A stretch of DNA of 64,000 nucleotides from Paramoeba atlantica. Taxonomy: Eukaryota > Protista > Discosea. The position numbers and the translations under genes were made by a program. This document shows positions 63,159-64,000 of the stretch, piece after piece. Within the stretch, counting starts at the first letter, position 1, and the number at the start of each line of letters is the position of its first letter. Location of the stretch: contig CDRNVI010000019.1 of assembly GCA_977017575.1 (NCBI GenBank), positions 124,001-188,000 on the forward strand, read 5' to 3'. The notes below the pieces were generated by a model. It did not search any database, was not told where the DNA came from, and saw only the letters and a program-made list of their open reading frames with translations.

Positions 63159-64000
63159 CTAAGTCCGTGCGTCATTCCTTGCCGTGTCGGTGGAAGTTCT
63201 TTCTTCATGGGACAGTGATACAATCGTTTCCTGGTGATGCGATGAATTCGCTTCATCTAGTTTCGAATTATAAGCTTGTATTTTGTTCAATAGAATCTTT
63301 TTAGCTTGTTCCCAGACGTCACGCTGGTATTTTCGGTGGTCCAACGCAAGTTCGTCTTGCAGCGGCTCATAAAATTCGTATGCTTTCTTCAACTCCGTAA
63401 CAAAATGAGATTCCAAAGCGGCCAATTTCTTCTGGACTAATTCATCTAACTCACTCTCATCGTATGTATCCTCCACCGCAGTGAGTACAGGAGTATCCAG
63501 TACGGGATCACCTTCAGGGAGGTGTCTCAACTTTTTCGCTGGTATAGGCAGAATCCAACCACTATCCGTAGATACCCGAGCTTCTACCAAGCTTCCATCC
63601 TCTTGCTTTATTTTAATCAGACGGAGTGAACACAACGAGTTGGTTTTTTCATCTACGTGCTTCACACAAGTAACGTCGATCGGCCATGGATTGTGTAAAA
63701 TCTGCTTGGGCCGATCCTCCTGCGCGGGTATTTCTTCCTCCTGTACGTTCACTCCCTCCACAATAATTTGATTTTTGTACGCTAGAACGTTTCGTATGCG
63801 ACCCCGCTGGCCACGGTGAATGCCGGTGACTACTTCAACCAAATCTCCAGGATACCACACCCACGGTGATATCTGGTATCCGGGTGTCATCCACACGTAA
63901 TTTTTCTTTAGTTCACTGAGCTGTCTTTTGTTCAGGTCTCGCTTCTCCCATTGGGAATGATACGTGTGATCTTGATAAAAATCCAGTTCTGAGGGATGTC
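63159..64000 (-). CDS. MRPL24: Mitochondrial ribosomal protein uL24m (5' end beyond window)
   Basis: KOW motif PGDLVEVVTGIHRGQRG, NQIIVEGVN; frame stays open to the window edge. Confidence 0.88.
   Translation of the reverse strand, partial: HPSELDFYQDHTYHSQWEKRDLNKRQLSELKKNYVWMTPGYQISPWVWYPGDLVEVVTGIHRGQRGRIRNVLAYKNQIIVEGVNVQEEEIPAQEDRPKQILHNPWPIDVTCVKHVDEKTNSLCSLRLIKIKQEDGSLVEARVSTDSGWILPIPAKKLRHLPEGDPVLDTPVLTAVEDTYDESELDELVQKKLAALESHFVTELKKAYEFYEPLQDELALDHRKYQRDVWEQAKKILLNKIQAYNSKLDEANSSHHQETIVSLSHEERTSTDTARNDART

Overview
Compact, intronless eukaryotic DNA. About 38 host genes lie head-to-tail on the minus strand across all 64 kb, as in a kinetoplastid polycistronic gene cluster. A spliced-leader-like relic and an LRR protein type point to a Perkinsela-like prokinetoplastid (inference). 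Housekeeping genes include PIG-X, METTL5, TDP1, Derlin, UTP5/WDR43, SHQ1, RPT4, CET1, SERCA, p24, a RAD51 paralog, PepN, importin-alpha, PPCDC, ARV1, TRM6 and uL24m. A ~9 kb gene-free nest of mobile DNA (35.3-44.3 kb) interrupts the cluster. It holds a 5'-truncated CRE/SLACS-type retrotransposon, an internally deleted Tc1-like element with 139-bp TIRs, a possible MULE-like MITE and an SL-exon fragment. Its centrepiece is a 2.87-kb TA-flanked pogo-like DNA transposon whose DDE transposase is fused to a Ulp1/C48 protease domain with an intact triad. Several small TA-flanked elements (13436-13773, 41461-41765, solo ends at 37072 and 42375) share its asymmetric end architecture, and one also shares its GC-rich GNA-loop hairpins. 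All family calls come from motif recognition by eye; no searches were run.
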